Source of the DNA: a virus
Reading direction: 5' to 3' (one strand)
IMG/VR virus record: IMGVR_UViG_3300045988_151684
Span: 1-64,000 of that record
Length of the DNA stretch: 64,000 nucleotides
The notes below the pieces were generated by a model, which worked only from the letters and a program-made list of their open reading frames with translations, was not told the origin of the DNA and searched no databases. The translations under genes and the position numbers were made by a program. Shown one piece after another: positions 36,535-47,572 of this stretch (within the stretch, counting starts at the first letter, position 1; each line of letters begins with the position of its first letter).

Positions 36535-36984
36535 TTAAAACAAGGCATCAACTTCAGCAGCAGTCATATATTCCACTGTAGATCCATCAGGCATTATTTG
36601 ATTCCCCTCATCAACCGCTAATACAATTACTTTTGACAAATATTTATCCGAATCAGGTATAATTTCTTGAATTTCATTTGATGGTACACATATTTTTTCT
36701 TGTACGGTGACAGCAGCATTAACTTGGTTACTGCTGCCACCTTGGTTAAAATCCACTACATTAATTACCGCTTCCGTTCCTGCTCCATCTATTGCTCTAG
36801 CATAAACAGTTCCTGCAAACGGTATTTTCTGCCCTGATAACAGGGGTATGCCTTCCCCTTGCTTTGCATCTGATGAACTAGTTAATTCCACATTATCACG
36901 TCCAGCATTATAAATTGTGCCAGCAGTTTCAGTAATTTTTTGTAACTTAGGTGTTAATACATATTGCTTAGCCATTTTCATCAC
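36535..36984 (-). CDS. hypothetical tail protein
   Basis: ORF. Confidence 0.35.
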   Translation of the reverse strand: MMKMAKQYVLTPKLQKITETAGTIYNAGRDNVELTSSSDAKQGEGIPLLSGQKIPFAGTVYARAIDGAGTEAVINVVDFNQGGSSNQVNAAVTVQEKICVPSNEIQEIIPDSDKYLSKVIVLAVDEGNQIMPDGSTVEYMTAAEVDALF

Positions 36985-38545
36985 CTTTTTGTTTCATTAT
37001 ATTTTTTGCCATTTGTCTTATTTTAGATTGACTAACTTGATTTATTCTAAAATTGTTTCCATAACCAACATAGCTATCAATTATTTGCACCTCAACGTCT
37101 TGTTTGCTTATATCAACTAAACTAAGGTCCTTTTGAGACATTACTAAATATATTCCATTAGCTACTTCTAAAATATCATTTGGAACTGTCATATTAGTTA
37201 ACCCTAAATAATCACAGGTTTTATATGGATATTTACCGTCAGCATTAAAAGTTACTGGTATACCATTTCCTTTTAAATCTTTTCCTATAGGTATAGTAAA
37301 ATCGTAATATTGGGGCTCTTCAAAATATTGTTCTTTATTATCCGGTATTGCAGGTGGTGGTGTTTTTGTATGCAAAATTTTAAAATATTTTTTAGTAACT
37401 ATTTCTTTTTTATCATCAGAATAAATTATTTTGTCATCTACTAATACAGATAAATTATAATTCCCTTCATTATTTTTTTCCCACGTAAACGGATTGCCCA
37501 CATCACCATCTAATTCTTCTTTACCAATATATCCAACAGCTAATTCATATTTCTCAGATGCTTCATATCTCGTGCTTATTGCTATTTCATTCAACTGTTT
37601 CTTTTCATAATAAAGATGCCTATGCGTGGTACCACCGCTAATATGGGTTCTCCGTATTACACGTATGTTCTTAAAAATGCTTCTGTTATTATATTTAATA
37701 TCATCTAATGCTGTGTCTTTAGCTTCATCAGGTATAATAGGTCCAACAGTTTCAGTATTTATGCACTCACCTTCTATATATGTGAGCCTATCTGTATATG
37801 CATAAACAGGATAATCTGAAACAACTTTATAATTTGATATTACTAGTTCCACTTTCTCATCTTGATATTCACCACTCCCCTCATCCGCAAATGCATAATA
37901 ACATCCACCTTTGTTATCTATATATACTGGTTCTGTCACTTGAGGAATAATTTTTTCTGCTACATCATTCTTAAAAATCACACATCCTGGAATATACCTA
38001 TCTCCATTATAACCGCCAATGTAGGCAGTTATTAGATCTCCGTTATCTGTTATAGTTGCCATGTTAACATACGGATTATGAATTGTATATCCTCCTTTAT
38101 CATCATTTAGATAGTACCGTTGTAAATCTATTTTATTATCATTAATTATATCTATCCATTTTAATGATGTTCTGCCATTTTGCCACCAAGCATTATTATT
38201 ACCACACACCAATGTACTATATGGGGTAATACCAAAATTTTTTGTTTTAAAGTTTTTAATTCCCAGCCCATATAAAAAACCTCCCATATATGAGCTTATA
38301 TATGGATAATAATGTTCTCCCCACAACATACCACCACCGCTTCGAGCTTCCAATCCATATATATATTTACCATCTGTCCAAACCGTATCACCTGGAACGA
38401 AACTACGATTACCTGTAAAAATTAATTTACTGCCATTAGTAGTTATTCCTTTTCCTTCGGATATTTTTGCCAATGTTTCGCGGTATACCATTATAATTAT
38501 ATTCCTCCACCAATTATTGCTACCCCTGATGGGGTTGGCAGACAA
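36968..38545 (-). CDS. putative receptor-binding / tail fiber protein
   Basis: 525 aa, beta-rich, distal position. Confidence 0.4.
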   Translation of the reverse strand: MSANPIRGSNNWWRNIIIMVYRETLAKISEGKGITTNGSKLIFTGNRSFVPGDTVWTDGKYIYGLEARSGGGMLWGEHYYPYISSYMGGFLYGLGIKNFKTKNFGITPYSTLVCGNNNAWWQNGRTSLKWIDIINDNKIDLQRYYLNDDKGGYTIHNPYVNMATITDNGDLITAYIGGYNGDRYIPGCVIFKNDVAEKIIPQVTEPVYIDNKGGCYYAFADEGSGEYQDEKVELVISNYKVVSDYPVYAYTDRLTYIEGECINTETVGPIIPDEAKDTALDDIKYNNRSIFKNIRVIRRTHISGGTTHRHLYYEKKQLNEIAISTRYEASEKYELAVGYIGKEELDGDVGNPFTWEKNNEGNYNLSVLVDDKIIYSDDKKEIVTKKYFKILHTKTPPPAIPDNKEQYFEEPQYYDFTIPIGKDLKGNGIPVTFNADGKYPYKTCDYLGLTNMTVPNDILEVANGIYLVMSQKDLSLVDISKQDVEVQIIDSYVGYGNNFRINQVSQSKIRQMAKNIMKQKGDENG

Positions 38546-38766
38546 TATACCAACACACCATTTTTTAATATAATATCTTTACTAGCTAATGAACAATTAT
38601 ATAATTTATCATTAATAACTACTTTCCCATTATAATATATCCCCTGTTTTGCTGTTGTATTTTTCATCGATTTTATTCGCTGCATTTTTAAGTTGTTTTG
38701 TTGAATTACATTTTTTATTCGATGCACTTTATTGTTTAAATAATTCAAGCTGCTCATTATTTCCAC
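38497..38766 (-). CDS. hypothetical protein
   Basis: ORF. Confidence 0.3.
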   Translation of the reverse strand: MEIMSSLNYLNNKVHRIKNVIQQNNLKMQRIKSMKNTTAKQGIYYNGKVVINDKLYNCSLASKDIILKNGVLVYCLPTPSGVAIIGGGI

Positions 38767-40739
38767 CTCACTAATACTAAGGATTGTTTTAATTCTTTTG
38801 GTGATATTGATACATTGTTGCTAACAAGATAATATTCACATCCTGCTAAAATAATTTTATCTCTAAAATCTATAATATGTTTGTATTCAGAAATTCCATT
38901 ATTCACTGATGTTATTAAATCTAAGGTAACAGTTTCTTTAATCCTTTGATTACAGTATTCCGATATTTCCTTAAAATATTTATTATTAAGTGAACTGTCT
39001 TCTATTGAAAATGGTAATGTATCATTTTCCTCACTTGAATAATACGTATTGGAATTACCATAAGTATCATTTAGCTGGTATAAATACCAGCTATGGTGTT
39101 CCCCTACTGATGGAGTAATTATTATGCTATGGGATATATTATTTAAACCTGTTACATTATTAGTATTAGCTATTGCATTTTCAATAACACCACTTATATC
39201 GCTTTTTGATGTTATAGCATGACGATGGCCTAGATCAGTGTGATATACGTTATATGAATCATTTTTTTTACCATTCTTTAATACTGTATGATTTTCATTA
39301 ATCTGTCTAGCATTTGTATTATAATCAAACTTTATAACCTCCTGTGATCCATCCGCATTATTTATAATTTGCATGGCTGGTCTATTATATATATCATAAA
39401 TTATTTCATTATCAGCACTGCCCGTTTCAAAATATAGCAAATTACCATTATCATCGTTATCACCATCTTCAAAATCGAAATCTATATTTACATCATAACC
39501 AACATCTTTGTTTAACAATATTGCCATAGTTTTATAAATCATTATTGGTTCCTGTTGAATTACTGGTCTAGTATGCGGAATGTCAGTAATATCTACTATA
39601 TTTATTTCATGACCTCGTTGTAATGCATATATTTTTTTATTACGTATAAATACATTTATTTGATGCCAGGGTATTTCCTTGCTCCAGCTAAAAAAATTAC
39701 TGATCAAATCAATACATGTAGCACTTTGATTAGCACATCCATTAGATGGTGTAAAATCATCGAACATTATTACCGGTTCCAAACCTAATATATTGGCTAA
39801 ATATTTAAAATGTACACTTGCTTTAGCGGTTGGTTCTCTTTTAGAATCGTCAACACCTCCAGACACACCATAATTTAGTGTTGTATGACCGCCAATATTA
39901 CCACCGCCTGTAACTATATGCGGTTCACTTGGTGAAGTATCTCTATAAATTACAATTTTTCCATTTTTATCAAAATCAGGATAACGAACAAGTGAATGTG
40001 TCAATATTTTCCAAGCCGTCGTTGACGTTATTGATAGTTTCTTGTCTGTTATTGATGTTGTTTTTACCATAAAATCATAATAATAATCCAAAATATTACC
40101 ACTTATTCTATCTTTAGGTAACATTGAACCAAACATCAAATCCATACTTATATTATCATTAATTGTATTTTCTTGTATGCTAATTGCTGCATTTATTAAC
40201 CGCATTCCTTTTGGCTGAACAACTTGACCATTTTGCCACGATATATTTTTTAATGCCTGTGCTAAAGTATCAAATTTTATTTCAATCGAACCATTTTGAA
40301 TTACTTTCGTTGAAAAATTCCACTTTGTCAAATATCCTTGCTTACGAAATGTATCCGATGATAAACTTATATGTTTGTATACATAACGTTTTAAATCAAA
40401 ATCACTAACTATGCTTATATATTGTGCTAAATCTCTTTGAACATCATATGAAATAGTCATTGTCTTATCTATAATTCGTTTTGCAATGCTATTATTTATT
40501 TCAAAATTACTAATATAACGTTTTATATCATATTGAACAGCTATTGCTGTTCCAATAGATAAGTCTCGTTTAGTTGCATAATAAGCCTGCAACGACTTTT
40601 CAACATTACGTTGTATATAATAATTTTCATCTATAGTTATAGCGTTGTCTGCAATTATATACGCATATAACGATATTGATGATATATCCGCTTTTTGTTT
40701 TCTACAATTTGCATAACTAATGAACGACAGATTCGCCAT
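38757..40739 (-). CDS. tail-associated (Tal-like) baseplate protein
   Basis: 660 aa, position after Dit-like. Confidence 0.45.
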   Translation of the reverse strand: MANLSFISYANCRKQKADISSISLYAYIIADNAITIDENYYIQRNVEKSLQAYYATKRDLSIGTAIAVQYDIKRYISNFEINNSIAKRIIDKTMTISYDVQRDLAQYISIVSDFDLKRYVYKHISLSSDTFRKQGYLTKWNFSTKVIQNGSIEIKFDTLAQALKNISWQNGQVVQPKGMRLINAAISIQENTINDNISMDLMFGSMLPKDRISGNILDYYYDFMVKTTSITDKKLSITSTTAWKILTHSLVRYPDFDKNGKIVIYRDTSPSEPHIVTGGGNIGGHTTLNYGVSGGVDDSKREPTAKASVHFKYLANILGLEPVIMFDDFTPSNGCANQSATCIDLISNFFSWSKEIPWHQINVFIRNKKIYALQRGHEINIVDITDIPHTRPVIQQEPIMIYKTMAILLNKDVGYDVNIDFDFEDGDNDDNGNLLYFETGSADNEIIYDIYNRPAMQIINNADGSQEVIKFDYNTNARQINENHTVLKNGKKNDSYNVYHTDLGHRHAITSKSDISGVIENAIANTNNVTGLNNISHSIIITPSVGEHHSWYLYQLNDTYGNSNTYYSSEENDTLPFSIEDSSLNNKYFKEISEYCNQRIKETVTLDLITSVNNGISEYKHIIDFRDKIILAGCEYYLVSNNVSISPKELKQSLVLVRWK

Positions 40740-40740
40740 A

Positions 40741-41565
40741 TTAACTTCCCTCGCTCGTTATAACAATTTTTTCTTTATCTATAGCTGTAAATACAGTTTG
40801 CTTTTCAGTTGTTAATCCAATTTTTTTTGATATTTCATTGGCTTGAACCGTTAAGCCGGTTACATCACCACCACCAGCAACATTAAATATTGCTTGTAAA
40901 CAATCAATATTGTACCCCTTTAGTTCATCAATATTCTCTGGTGCTGCCAACATTATTTTTTTATTAATATTATCTGTTTCATAGCTGCTATCATCTTTTA
41001 AAATCCAGTCAGTAGTTATTGTTGGCTTTATTTTTACAATTTTATCATTAAAGTCAATTTTACTATCTGAAATTATAATCATTTTAAAATCATATCTATA
41101 TTTACTATATGGATCACATATTAATAGTTTTGTAATTGATTCATCAGCTAGATAATTACCATTCAATGATACTACCGGTGAATCATCTCCTGCTTGTTTT
41201 ATGACAAAAACACCATCTGTACCACTTTTTATATGAATAATAATATCAAGATTTTTTGTATTTAAAACAAATGGTTCAGAACTGATTTTATCATCGGTTT
41301 TTATCACCCAATTTAAAGAATTTGCATTACACGATATTATTATTTGATGATTAGCGGACTGAAACGATATTATGTCTGTATCAAAACCACCAGTATAATA
41401 TTCTGCTTTAACTCTCACCCAATATTCTTTTTTATTTTCACTAACCAGGTCCAAAACAGGCGCATTAACCAACTTATATGGCAATGCTAATGAGTTGGTT
41501 CTTTCAAAAACATCTGTATAATCATCAAAAAAATATTTACTATTTATCGTAAATTTTTTAAACAT
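40741..41565 (-). CDS. distal tail protein (Dit-like)
   Basis: size/position downstream of TMP. Confidence 0.4.
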   Translation of the reverse strand: MFKKFTINSKYFFDDYTDVFERTNSLALPYKLVNAPVLDLVSENKKEYWVRVKAEYYTGGFDTDIISFQSANHQIIISCNANSLNWVIKTDDKISSEPFVLNTKNLDIIIHIKSGTDGVFVIKQAGDDSPVVSLNGNYLADESITKLLICDPYSKYRYDFKMIIISDSKIDFNDKIVKIKPTITTDWILKDDSSYETDNINKKIMLAAPENIDELKGYNIDCLQAIFNVAGGGDVTGLTVQANEISKKIGLTTEKQTVFTAIDKEKIVITSEGS

Positions 41566-41582
41566 AAATTATCCTCATTCAC

Positions 41583-41993
41583 TTATACAGCCTTGATTTT
41601 TGTTGTTATTCTAATATTAGTTGAACTATCAATGACTGGATCTTCATCAGCTGTTGATAGTGCTTTAATATATAATATTTTATTGGTTTCATTTATTGAA
41701 TCTCTAATGATTAATGAACTTTCAAACGAACTGTTTTCACTAGCAGATATTACCCATTTATTACTATTACTACCAACAAAAGTTATAGCTGTATTGCCTG
41801 TAGTAATAAACCCTGGTTCACACCGTACTGCTACTTTAACTGTCTTGCTTTCATTATTGGCAGCATCAAGTGTAATTTCTAATGGTGATGTTTCTGTATT
41901 ATCTGTAGATATTGGTATTCCGTCACTTCCGCCCTCTGTTACATCTCCCATGTATAAATTAATATATTTATTAGACATTTTATTCATCCTCAT
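41583..41993 (-). CDS. 136-aa tail protein, tandem paralog A
   Basis: paralogous to 41990..42400 (YINLY..TEG..DG...RCE....A.IT.V...W....SL....IN.TN.I). Confidence 0.45.
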   Translation of the reverse strand: MRMNKMSNKYINLYMGDVTEGGSDGIPISTDNTETSPLEITLDAANNESKTVKVAVRCEPGFITTGNTAITFVGSNSNKWVISASENSSFESSLIIRDSINETNKILYIKALSTADEDPVIDSSTNIRITTKIKAV

Positions 41994-42400
41994 TCATTTA
42001 CTAAAATCATTGCCTTTAACTGCAAAACAACTGACCTATCATTTTTAGGCAATGCTGCATCTGATTTCACTTTAACAAAAAAAATTGTATTCGTAGTATT
42101 TATTTCATCTTCAAATATCAAGCTCTTTTTAAATTCATCTGTTTCATTTTTAGCAAACAACCAATTAGTTTTATCATCATTGACAGCAGTTATAACTGCT
42201 CCTGGTGCTGCCTTCCACCTGTTTTCACATCTTAATCCCAGTTTTATATTTTTGCTTTCAAATTCACCTACATCCAAAACAACTTCCACTGGATTACTTT
42301 GTTCACCATTAAGACTAACTAATACTCCATCTAATGCGCCTTCTGTTGGATTGTTTTTATATAAGTTTATATATTGATTAGCTGCCATTATATTCTCCAA
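41990..42400 (-). CDS. 136-aa tail protein, tandem paralog B
   Basis: as above. Confidence 0.45.
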   Translation of the reverse strand: MENIMAANQYINLYKNNPTEGALDGVLVSLNGEQSNPVEVVLDVGEFESKNIKLGLRCENRWKAAPGAVITAVNDDKTNWLFAKNETDEFKKSLIFEDEINTTNTIFFVKVKSDAALPKNDRSVVLQLKAMILVNE

Positions 42401-42744
42401 ATTTCCAATGCTGCTTTTACTGCCTGCTTAGCATAATATTCTACATATTGCCAGTTTTTTATCACTATACGGCAATTTGATATTTTTTTCCCACTTTCAT
42501 CAGTTACAGTAACTAACGTCCTTGACTCCCATAATTGATAAATTTTGCTAAAATCTTCACTTCTAAAAGTCGTTGAAACTGTAATTTTATCCCCTGCTGT
42601 ATTGTGACCAAAATCTTGTACTACCGTTCCATCAATCACATCAATTCTAGTTTGCCGATCATCTGGTGTTATTTGCCATGATTCAGCTTTTCCAAGTGAT
42701 GATATATCATTTATTTGTAAAACTGCCAAAATACTCACCTTCAT
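42388..42744 (-). CDS. hypothetical tail protein
   Basis: ORF after TMP. Confidence 0.4.
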   Translation of the reverse strand: MKVSILAVLQINDISSLGKAESWQITPDDRQTRIDVIDGTVVQDFGHNTAGDKITVSTTFRSEDFSKIYQLWESRTLVTVTDESGKKISNCRIVIKNWQYVEYYAKQAVKAALEIWRI

Positions 42745-42745
42745 T

Positions 42746-45622
42746 CTAATAACTTAAACCTACATCAGCATCACCTAATGCTTTAGCTACTATTTCCGCT
42801 CCAGCTTCCGCTACTTTATTTTCAGCATCTTCCAAACCGCTTACTAGTATATGCATCTGAATTTTTTTAGTAGCTTCTGGATAATTATTAATTTGTCTTG
42901 CGCTAGGATTATAATTTAGTTTACTAGAATTATTTTCTAATGTGCCAACTATTTTAGTCAGGCTATCAGTAACCCTAGTAATATCATCACTGCTAAACAT
43001 TGCATTAGCCTGTTGCTGCGTCCATAAAGGATAATCCTGCCAATTTGCCGTCCCGCTTGGCTGACTATAATTATAATAATCTGTCTGCGTTCCTTTAATC
43101 ACTGATACAGCCGCTTCCCCAGTTATCATACCTGCCATTTTAAATGCATCAACTGCCTCAGTATTAATACCGGCCAATACATCCCCTGGCAATTGGTAAC
43201 TGCTTTGCGTTCCGCCCACTACTTCAACCATCGCTGCTTTTACCCCTCTATAGGTCGCATCTGACAAAATAGGAACTAAATTATTATTAGCTATCTGCAT
43301 TGCTTGCTGAAATTGTGCTATTTCAGCAGGTGAGGTAAATGACATATTAGCAATTCCTTTGTCTTTTCGCATTTGTTCAGCAATCTGTTGTGCAGCTCCA
43401 TTAATATCCGCTCCTCCAGCCATTGCATTTCTAAATATTTCTAAATATTTTTTCTGTGATGTAAACATTTCTTGTGCTGATTGCTGTTGTAATTGTTTTT
43501 TAGATTCTTCTGCCCACTTAGTTGCTTTTACTTCATCTAATCCTTTTTGAATCCAAGCTTGTTTTTCCCGATTAATTTCTGATAATCTTTTTTGATAATT
43601 ATTTCCCCAAATAGAATCTATCTGACCAGCAACTTGCGCATCCCAATCAGAACGTATTTTAGATTTTCTTGCCTGCGCCCATTTGTTGGCTTCATCTGAA
43701 CTTGCACCACGCTTAATATAATCTTTAGCTTGCAAATCTACATCATCAAGCTGATTTTGTAAGTCTGTCTTAAAAGCTTGTGCCATTGGAGCAGTTACAT
43801 TCCTAAACTTATCCTCTGCTATACGTGTTGATTTAGCATTGATAAAATCATTTATTAAATCATCAGGAACACCATTTGCTTTAGCCTTTTCAGCTTCCAC
43901 ATACATAGCATGTGTGGCACTGTCAATATCATTATGGGTTAGCGTATAAATGGTTTCTGCCAGCTGTCCGGCAGCAGTTGCCCGCCATTTCATGGCGTCA
44001 GCAGCCTTTAATTGAGCGCTGGCGTTTTTATTTGCCGTTTCTGCATTCTTTTTATCTGCATTTTCCGCTTTCATGCTTGAATTAACAACGCGGTTCCAAG
44101 CTTCTTCAATAAATGGCGTATTTTTATTTATTATATTGGCATATTTCGTAAATCCTTCCGTGCTAGGTGCATCTATGCCCTTATGTAAGGCTTTTTGAAA
44201 AACATTCCCTATGCTGCTATAGTCTTTGCCTTTTTGTATATCATCATAAACGCCTTGTTGCATCCTATAGGCATCATAATCTTTTTTTATTAGCGAGCCT
44301 CCCAAATAGGCACTAATTGGATTAGACATCATAGCTATGGTATTCAATTTGCCTTTATTGTTCCAGGAATATTCTAATTCTTTGAGCACTTGACCAGACT
44401 TTAAGCCTATAACCCCAATTACTTTAGCAACTGCCTCTATAGCTGTTGCCCAGCCTTCAATAGAGTCTTTTACATCATCCTTGTTATCCTTAATAATGCT
44501 AACAAATGTTTTCATCCCGTCGGTTACTTCTGGCATTATTGCTTGCGCTATTGGTATCATTGCTGCACCAAAAGCTGTTTTAAGCTGTCCAGCTTCCGCA
44601 TTCATGGTTCTCCATTCAATTGATAATTTATGTGCTTCAACTGGATCAAGCAAACCGGTAGTCTTAACATTATTCGCTATCTGCATATTAGTTTTATAAT
44701 CTTCTAACAACGGAATCAGCTCTGCACCACGACGCCCTAATATTTGCGCTTGAAATTCTTCCAGCTTCCCGGCTTCGGCTGCTCTTTGATATCCTGCGGC
44801 TAATTCATCTAGCTGACGATTTAACGGCAATAAATTACCTGCTGAATCCTTTAGATTTATACCAAATGACAGTAAAGCTAAACTTGTGCTATTAAGTCCT
44901 TTATTTGAACTCAACACTTGTTTATCCAGATTGGAAAAAAAAGGAATAACTGCTTGTATATTAACTCCACTGATAGAAAACACTCTATTCAAACTGGCAG
45001 CTTCTCCAGTAGTAAGATGAAGTCTATTGGATAATTTATACAGGTTTTCTCCAGCCTGCATTGCATCTTGCGTTATATTGAATAATCCTGCTCCAGTAGT
45101 AGCTATCGCCATAAAAGCCGCTAATTTACCACTTAAAAGTCCAAAACTTCCTGTTAATTTATCCAAGCCTGAACTAGCACCATTTGCCATTTTTGATATT
45201 CCTGATTGGTTAACTTTATTTTGTTCAACTTGAACCATTTTTAGCGCATTTTTTAACTTTTCTAATTGTGTTGCCTGTTGAAGATAATTATTTTGAGCCC
45301 TATATGTTACTTTAGATTTTCCACCGAATTGTTCATTGGCTGCTTTATACGCCTGTGCTAAAATGTCAACCTTTCGTTTTTGAATTTCAATTTGCTGTGT
45401 TAATGACTGCTCTTTTATTTTTAGCTTGTCAACATCATTCCCAGCTTCCCCAAGCTTTGCCGCATCAAAGCTAGCTTTTAGCTTGATAGTTTTTGCTTCC
45501 GCATTTAGTTTTTGAATCTCAGCATTTATTGAATTTTTCGCAGCATTAAAACCGCCCGCTAAATCATCAATATTAAGTCCCAATGATAAATATAATTTTG
45601 ATACTTCCGTTCCTGCTGCCAT
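42746..45622 (-). CDS. tail tape measure protein
   Basis: 958 aa, coiled coils, homolog of N-terminal part of 10674..14690. Confidence 0.85.
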   Translation of the reverse strand: MAAGTEVSKLYLSLGLNIDDLAGGFNAAKNSINAEIQKLNAEAKTIKLKASFDAAKLGEAGNDVDKLKIKEQSLTQQIEIQKRKVDILAQAYKAANEQFGGKSKVTYRAQNNYLQQATQLEKLKNALKMVQVEQNKVNQSGISKMANGASSGLDKLTGSFGLLSGKLAAFMAIATTGAGLFNITQDAMQAGENLYKLSNRLHLTTGEAASLNRVFSISGVNIQAVIPFFSNLDKQVLSSNKGLNSTSLALLSFGINLKDSAGNLLPLNRQLDELAAGYQRAAEAGKLEEFQAQILGRRGAELIPLLEDYKTNMQIANNVKTTGLLDPVEAHKLSIEWRTMNAEAGQLKTAFGAAMIPIAQAIMPEVTDGMKTFVSIIKDNKDDVKDSIEGWATAIEAVAKVIGVIGLKSGQVLKELEYSWNNKGKLNTIAMMSNPISAYLGGSLIKKDYDAYRMQQGVYDDIQKGKDYSSIGNVFQKALHKGIDAPSTEGFTKYANIINKNTPFIEEAWNRVVNSSMKAENADKKNAETANKNASAQLKAADAMKWRATAAGQLAETIYTLTHNDIDSATHAMYVEAEKAKANGVPDDLINDFINAKSTRIAEDKFRNVTAPMAQAFKTDLQNQLDDVDLQAKDYIKRGASSDEANKWAQARKSKIRSDWDAQVAGQIDSIWGNNYQKRLSEINREKQAWIQKGLDEVKATKWAEESKKQLQQQSAQEMFTSQKKYLEIFRNAMAGGADINGAAQQIAEQMRKDKGIANMSFTSPAEIAQFQQAMQIANNNLVPILSDATYRGVKAAMVEVVGGTQSSYQLPGDVLAGINTEAVDAFKMAGMITGEAAVSVIKGTQTDYYNYSQPSGTANWQDYPLWTQQQANAMFSSDDITRVTDSLTKIVGTLENNSSKLNYNPSARQINNYPEATKKIQMHILVSGLEDAENKVAEAGAEIVAKALGDADVGLSY

Positions 45623-45642
45623 TATTTTCTCCTTTATATAGG

Positions 45643-45815
45643 CAAAACATCATCAATAAATGCCTGTGTTGGTTCATTTTCTACTTTATCCATCACATAT
45701 ATCATTTCAAACAAATCTTCTAAATCAGTATCATCTATTTGTTTGATAGTCCAATGATATGTCTTAGCTAACTGACAATATAATGAAAGTGCTGTTTCAT
45801 GGGCGGTCAGCTTTA
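45643..45815 (-). CDS. tail chaperone -1 frameshift extension (GT-like)
   Basis: -1 frame open ~70 codons from chaperone stop to just before TMP start. Confidence 0.35.
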
Positions 45816-46118
45816 TTGTTCTGCTGCCGCCGTTTCTACGTTTGGGAGGTTATTTATTTTTTCATAAAAAGTCCGGTATACATATTTGCTTGCATCAATA
45901 TAAGCATTTGCCACATCTTCAAATGACATTTTTTCAATTTCCTTATCTGAAACGTCGTATATCAGCAATATTCCCTGTATTGCTATATTGGCAGCGTCTT
46001 TTATTGAATTTTCACTCTCATATTTTTCATTTAATTTCAAGATTTCACGCCAATCACCAACAGTTATTTTTTTTGCACTATATTCAGTTCCATCTATCAC
46101 AATTTTTGGGATTTCCAT
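45813..46118 (-). CDS. tail assembly chaperone
   Basis: synteny with 10000..10353. Confidence 0.55.
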   Translation of the reverse strand: MEIPKIVIDGTEYSAKKITVGDWREILKLNEKYESENSIKDAANIAIQGILLIYDVSDKEIEKMSFEDVANAYIDASKYVYRTFYEKINNLPNVETAAAEQ

Positions 46119-46175
46119 AAACGTTATCCTTTCTATGTAGAAAAAACAGACGGTAATTAACCGCCTGCTATATTA

Positions 46176-46760
46176 TCAGGCTGTTGCAAACCAATCCGTT
46201 TTAGTCTGCTCAATATAGCCTTCTGCTTCTTCATCTGCCTGCATAACCGCTACATGATCACTGTTTCTATACACAGCTGTAGCTGTCATTTGTGGCGTAT
46301 TGTACGAAATATTTTCTTCTTTGGTCTTAGCATCTTCATCCGGCTCAGCAAATTTAACTTTTACAAATTTTATAAATCTTGCTTTGCCATTAGACTTATT
46401 GGCTTGAAATGCTACTAAAAAATATGGTGCTGCATCAGTAGACTTTATCGTCATTATGCCAGTTTTATCATCGTAATCATGACCGCATAATAATGCTCTA
46501 TATTCTAGTGGTATATTAGCCATATCAACAGTTAACTGATATTTTGATACTACATTGGACGATTCTACAGCTGCATCATCTGCGTATAGCGATTCTTCAT
46601 TTGTTTGCGGTTTAATTTGTACTTCCCGCAATTGCGGAATATGAATCATTTCAGCATACGTAGCTATTCCCTCTGCTGGATCCGTAAGCATTTCCGCAAT
46701 ATGAAATTGCGAAATACCTATGAACGGAGAATTGGTAATGCCTGATTTTGTTCCTGCCAT
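46176..46760 (-). CDS. major tail protein
   Basis: homolog of 9431..9976. Confidence 0.7.
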   Translation of the reverse strand: MAGTKSGITNSPFIGISQFHIAEMLTDPAEGIATYAEMIHIPQLREVQIKPQTNEESLYADDAAVESSNVVSKYQLTVDMANIPLEYRALLCGHDYDDKTGIMTIKSTDAAPYFLVAFQANKSNGKARFIKFVKVKFAEPDEDAKTKEENISYNTPQMTATAVYRNSDHVAVMQADEEAEGYIEQTKTDWFATA

Positions 46761-47140
46761 TATGCTTCAACTCCAATCTTATAATCAGCCACGCATAATG
46801 CATGGCCATCATCTTCCTTTAACTCATTTACTTGTAAGCGTGAAAATCCTAACTTGACCATTATAGTATTAATTATCTCGTAAAGCTGCCAATATCCCCC
46901 AGTATTTCCTGTTACAACATGTATTCTTAATGTTACATAATGCCCTAATTCATAATCATCACCACATATTCCTGGTATATCTGATACAACAGAATAAACA
47001 ATATATGGTATTCGGGCTTCATTGCCTGGCGGAGCTTGTATATGATATATACCTTGACTTCCTTTAGCCAAATTATCCGTAAGCTTTTGGTCTTTACTTA
47101 ATGCACTATAAACTTTTGTCAATAATTCTGCTGTTTTCAA
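46760..47140 (-). CDS. tail completion / neck protein
   Basis: homolog of 9024..9434. Confidence 0.45.
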   Translation of the reverse strand: MKTAELLTKVYSALSKDQKLTDNLAKGSQGIYHIQAPPGNEARIPYIVYSVVSDIPGICGDDYELGHYVTLRIHVVTGNTGGYWQLYEIINTIMVKLGFSRLQVNELKEDDGHALCVADYKIGVEA

Positions 47141-47572
47141 TTATTTGCTTCCTCGTCGTTTTGTAGCATTTTGAACTGCTTGAATAATTGAATTTCTTAC
47201 AGCCTGTTGATGTGCATCAAACGCTGGGTATAAAAACGGTTTATTTATTTTACTAGAAAATTCAACAAATAATCCATACGGCAGTCCTGATGTGCTACTT
47301 TTGGCATTAGCTTCAATATGATATACCGAACCTTCTTTTTTACCAACTGCTTTAATTGAAGCTTTTAAAGCTCCCGCCTCAACATCAGCTCTTGGTAAGC
47401 CGTTATATACTGGAACTCTATTTTTAGCATCCTCAGTAATTGTATTGACGCCCTGTTTTAAAGCTGCTTTAGCAGCTTTAACAACATTTACGCCAATTTC
47501 TTCTAATGCTTTTACTGCCTGAGCAACACCACGTACATCACCACGAGTAAAATCATTATAGCGTTTGGCCAT
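47141..47572 (-). CDS. HK97 gp10-like protein
   Basis: homolog of 8585..9037. Confidence 0.5.
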   Translation of the reverse strand: MAKRYNDFTRGDVRGVAQAVKALEEIGVNVVKAAKAALKQGVNTITEDAKNRVPVYNGLPRADVEAGALKASIKAVGKKEGSVYHIEANAKSSTSGLPYGLFVEFSSKINKPFLYPAFDAHQQAVRNSIIQAVQNATKRRGSK

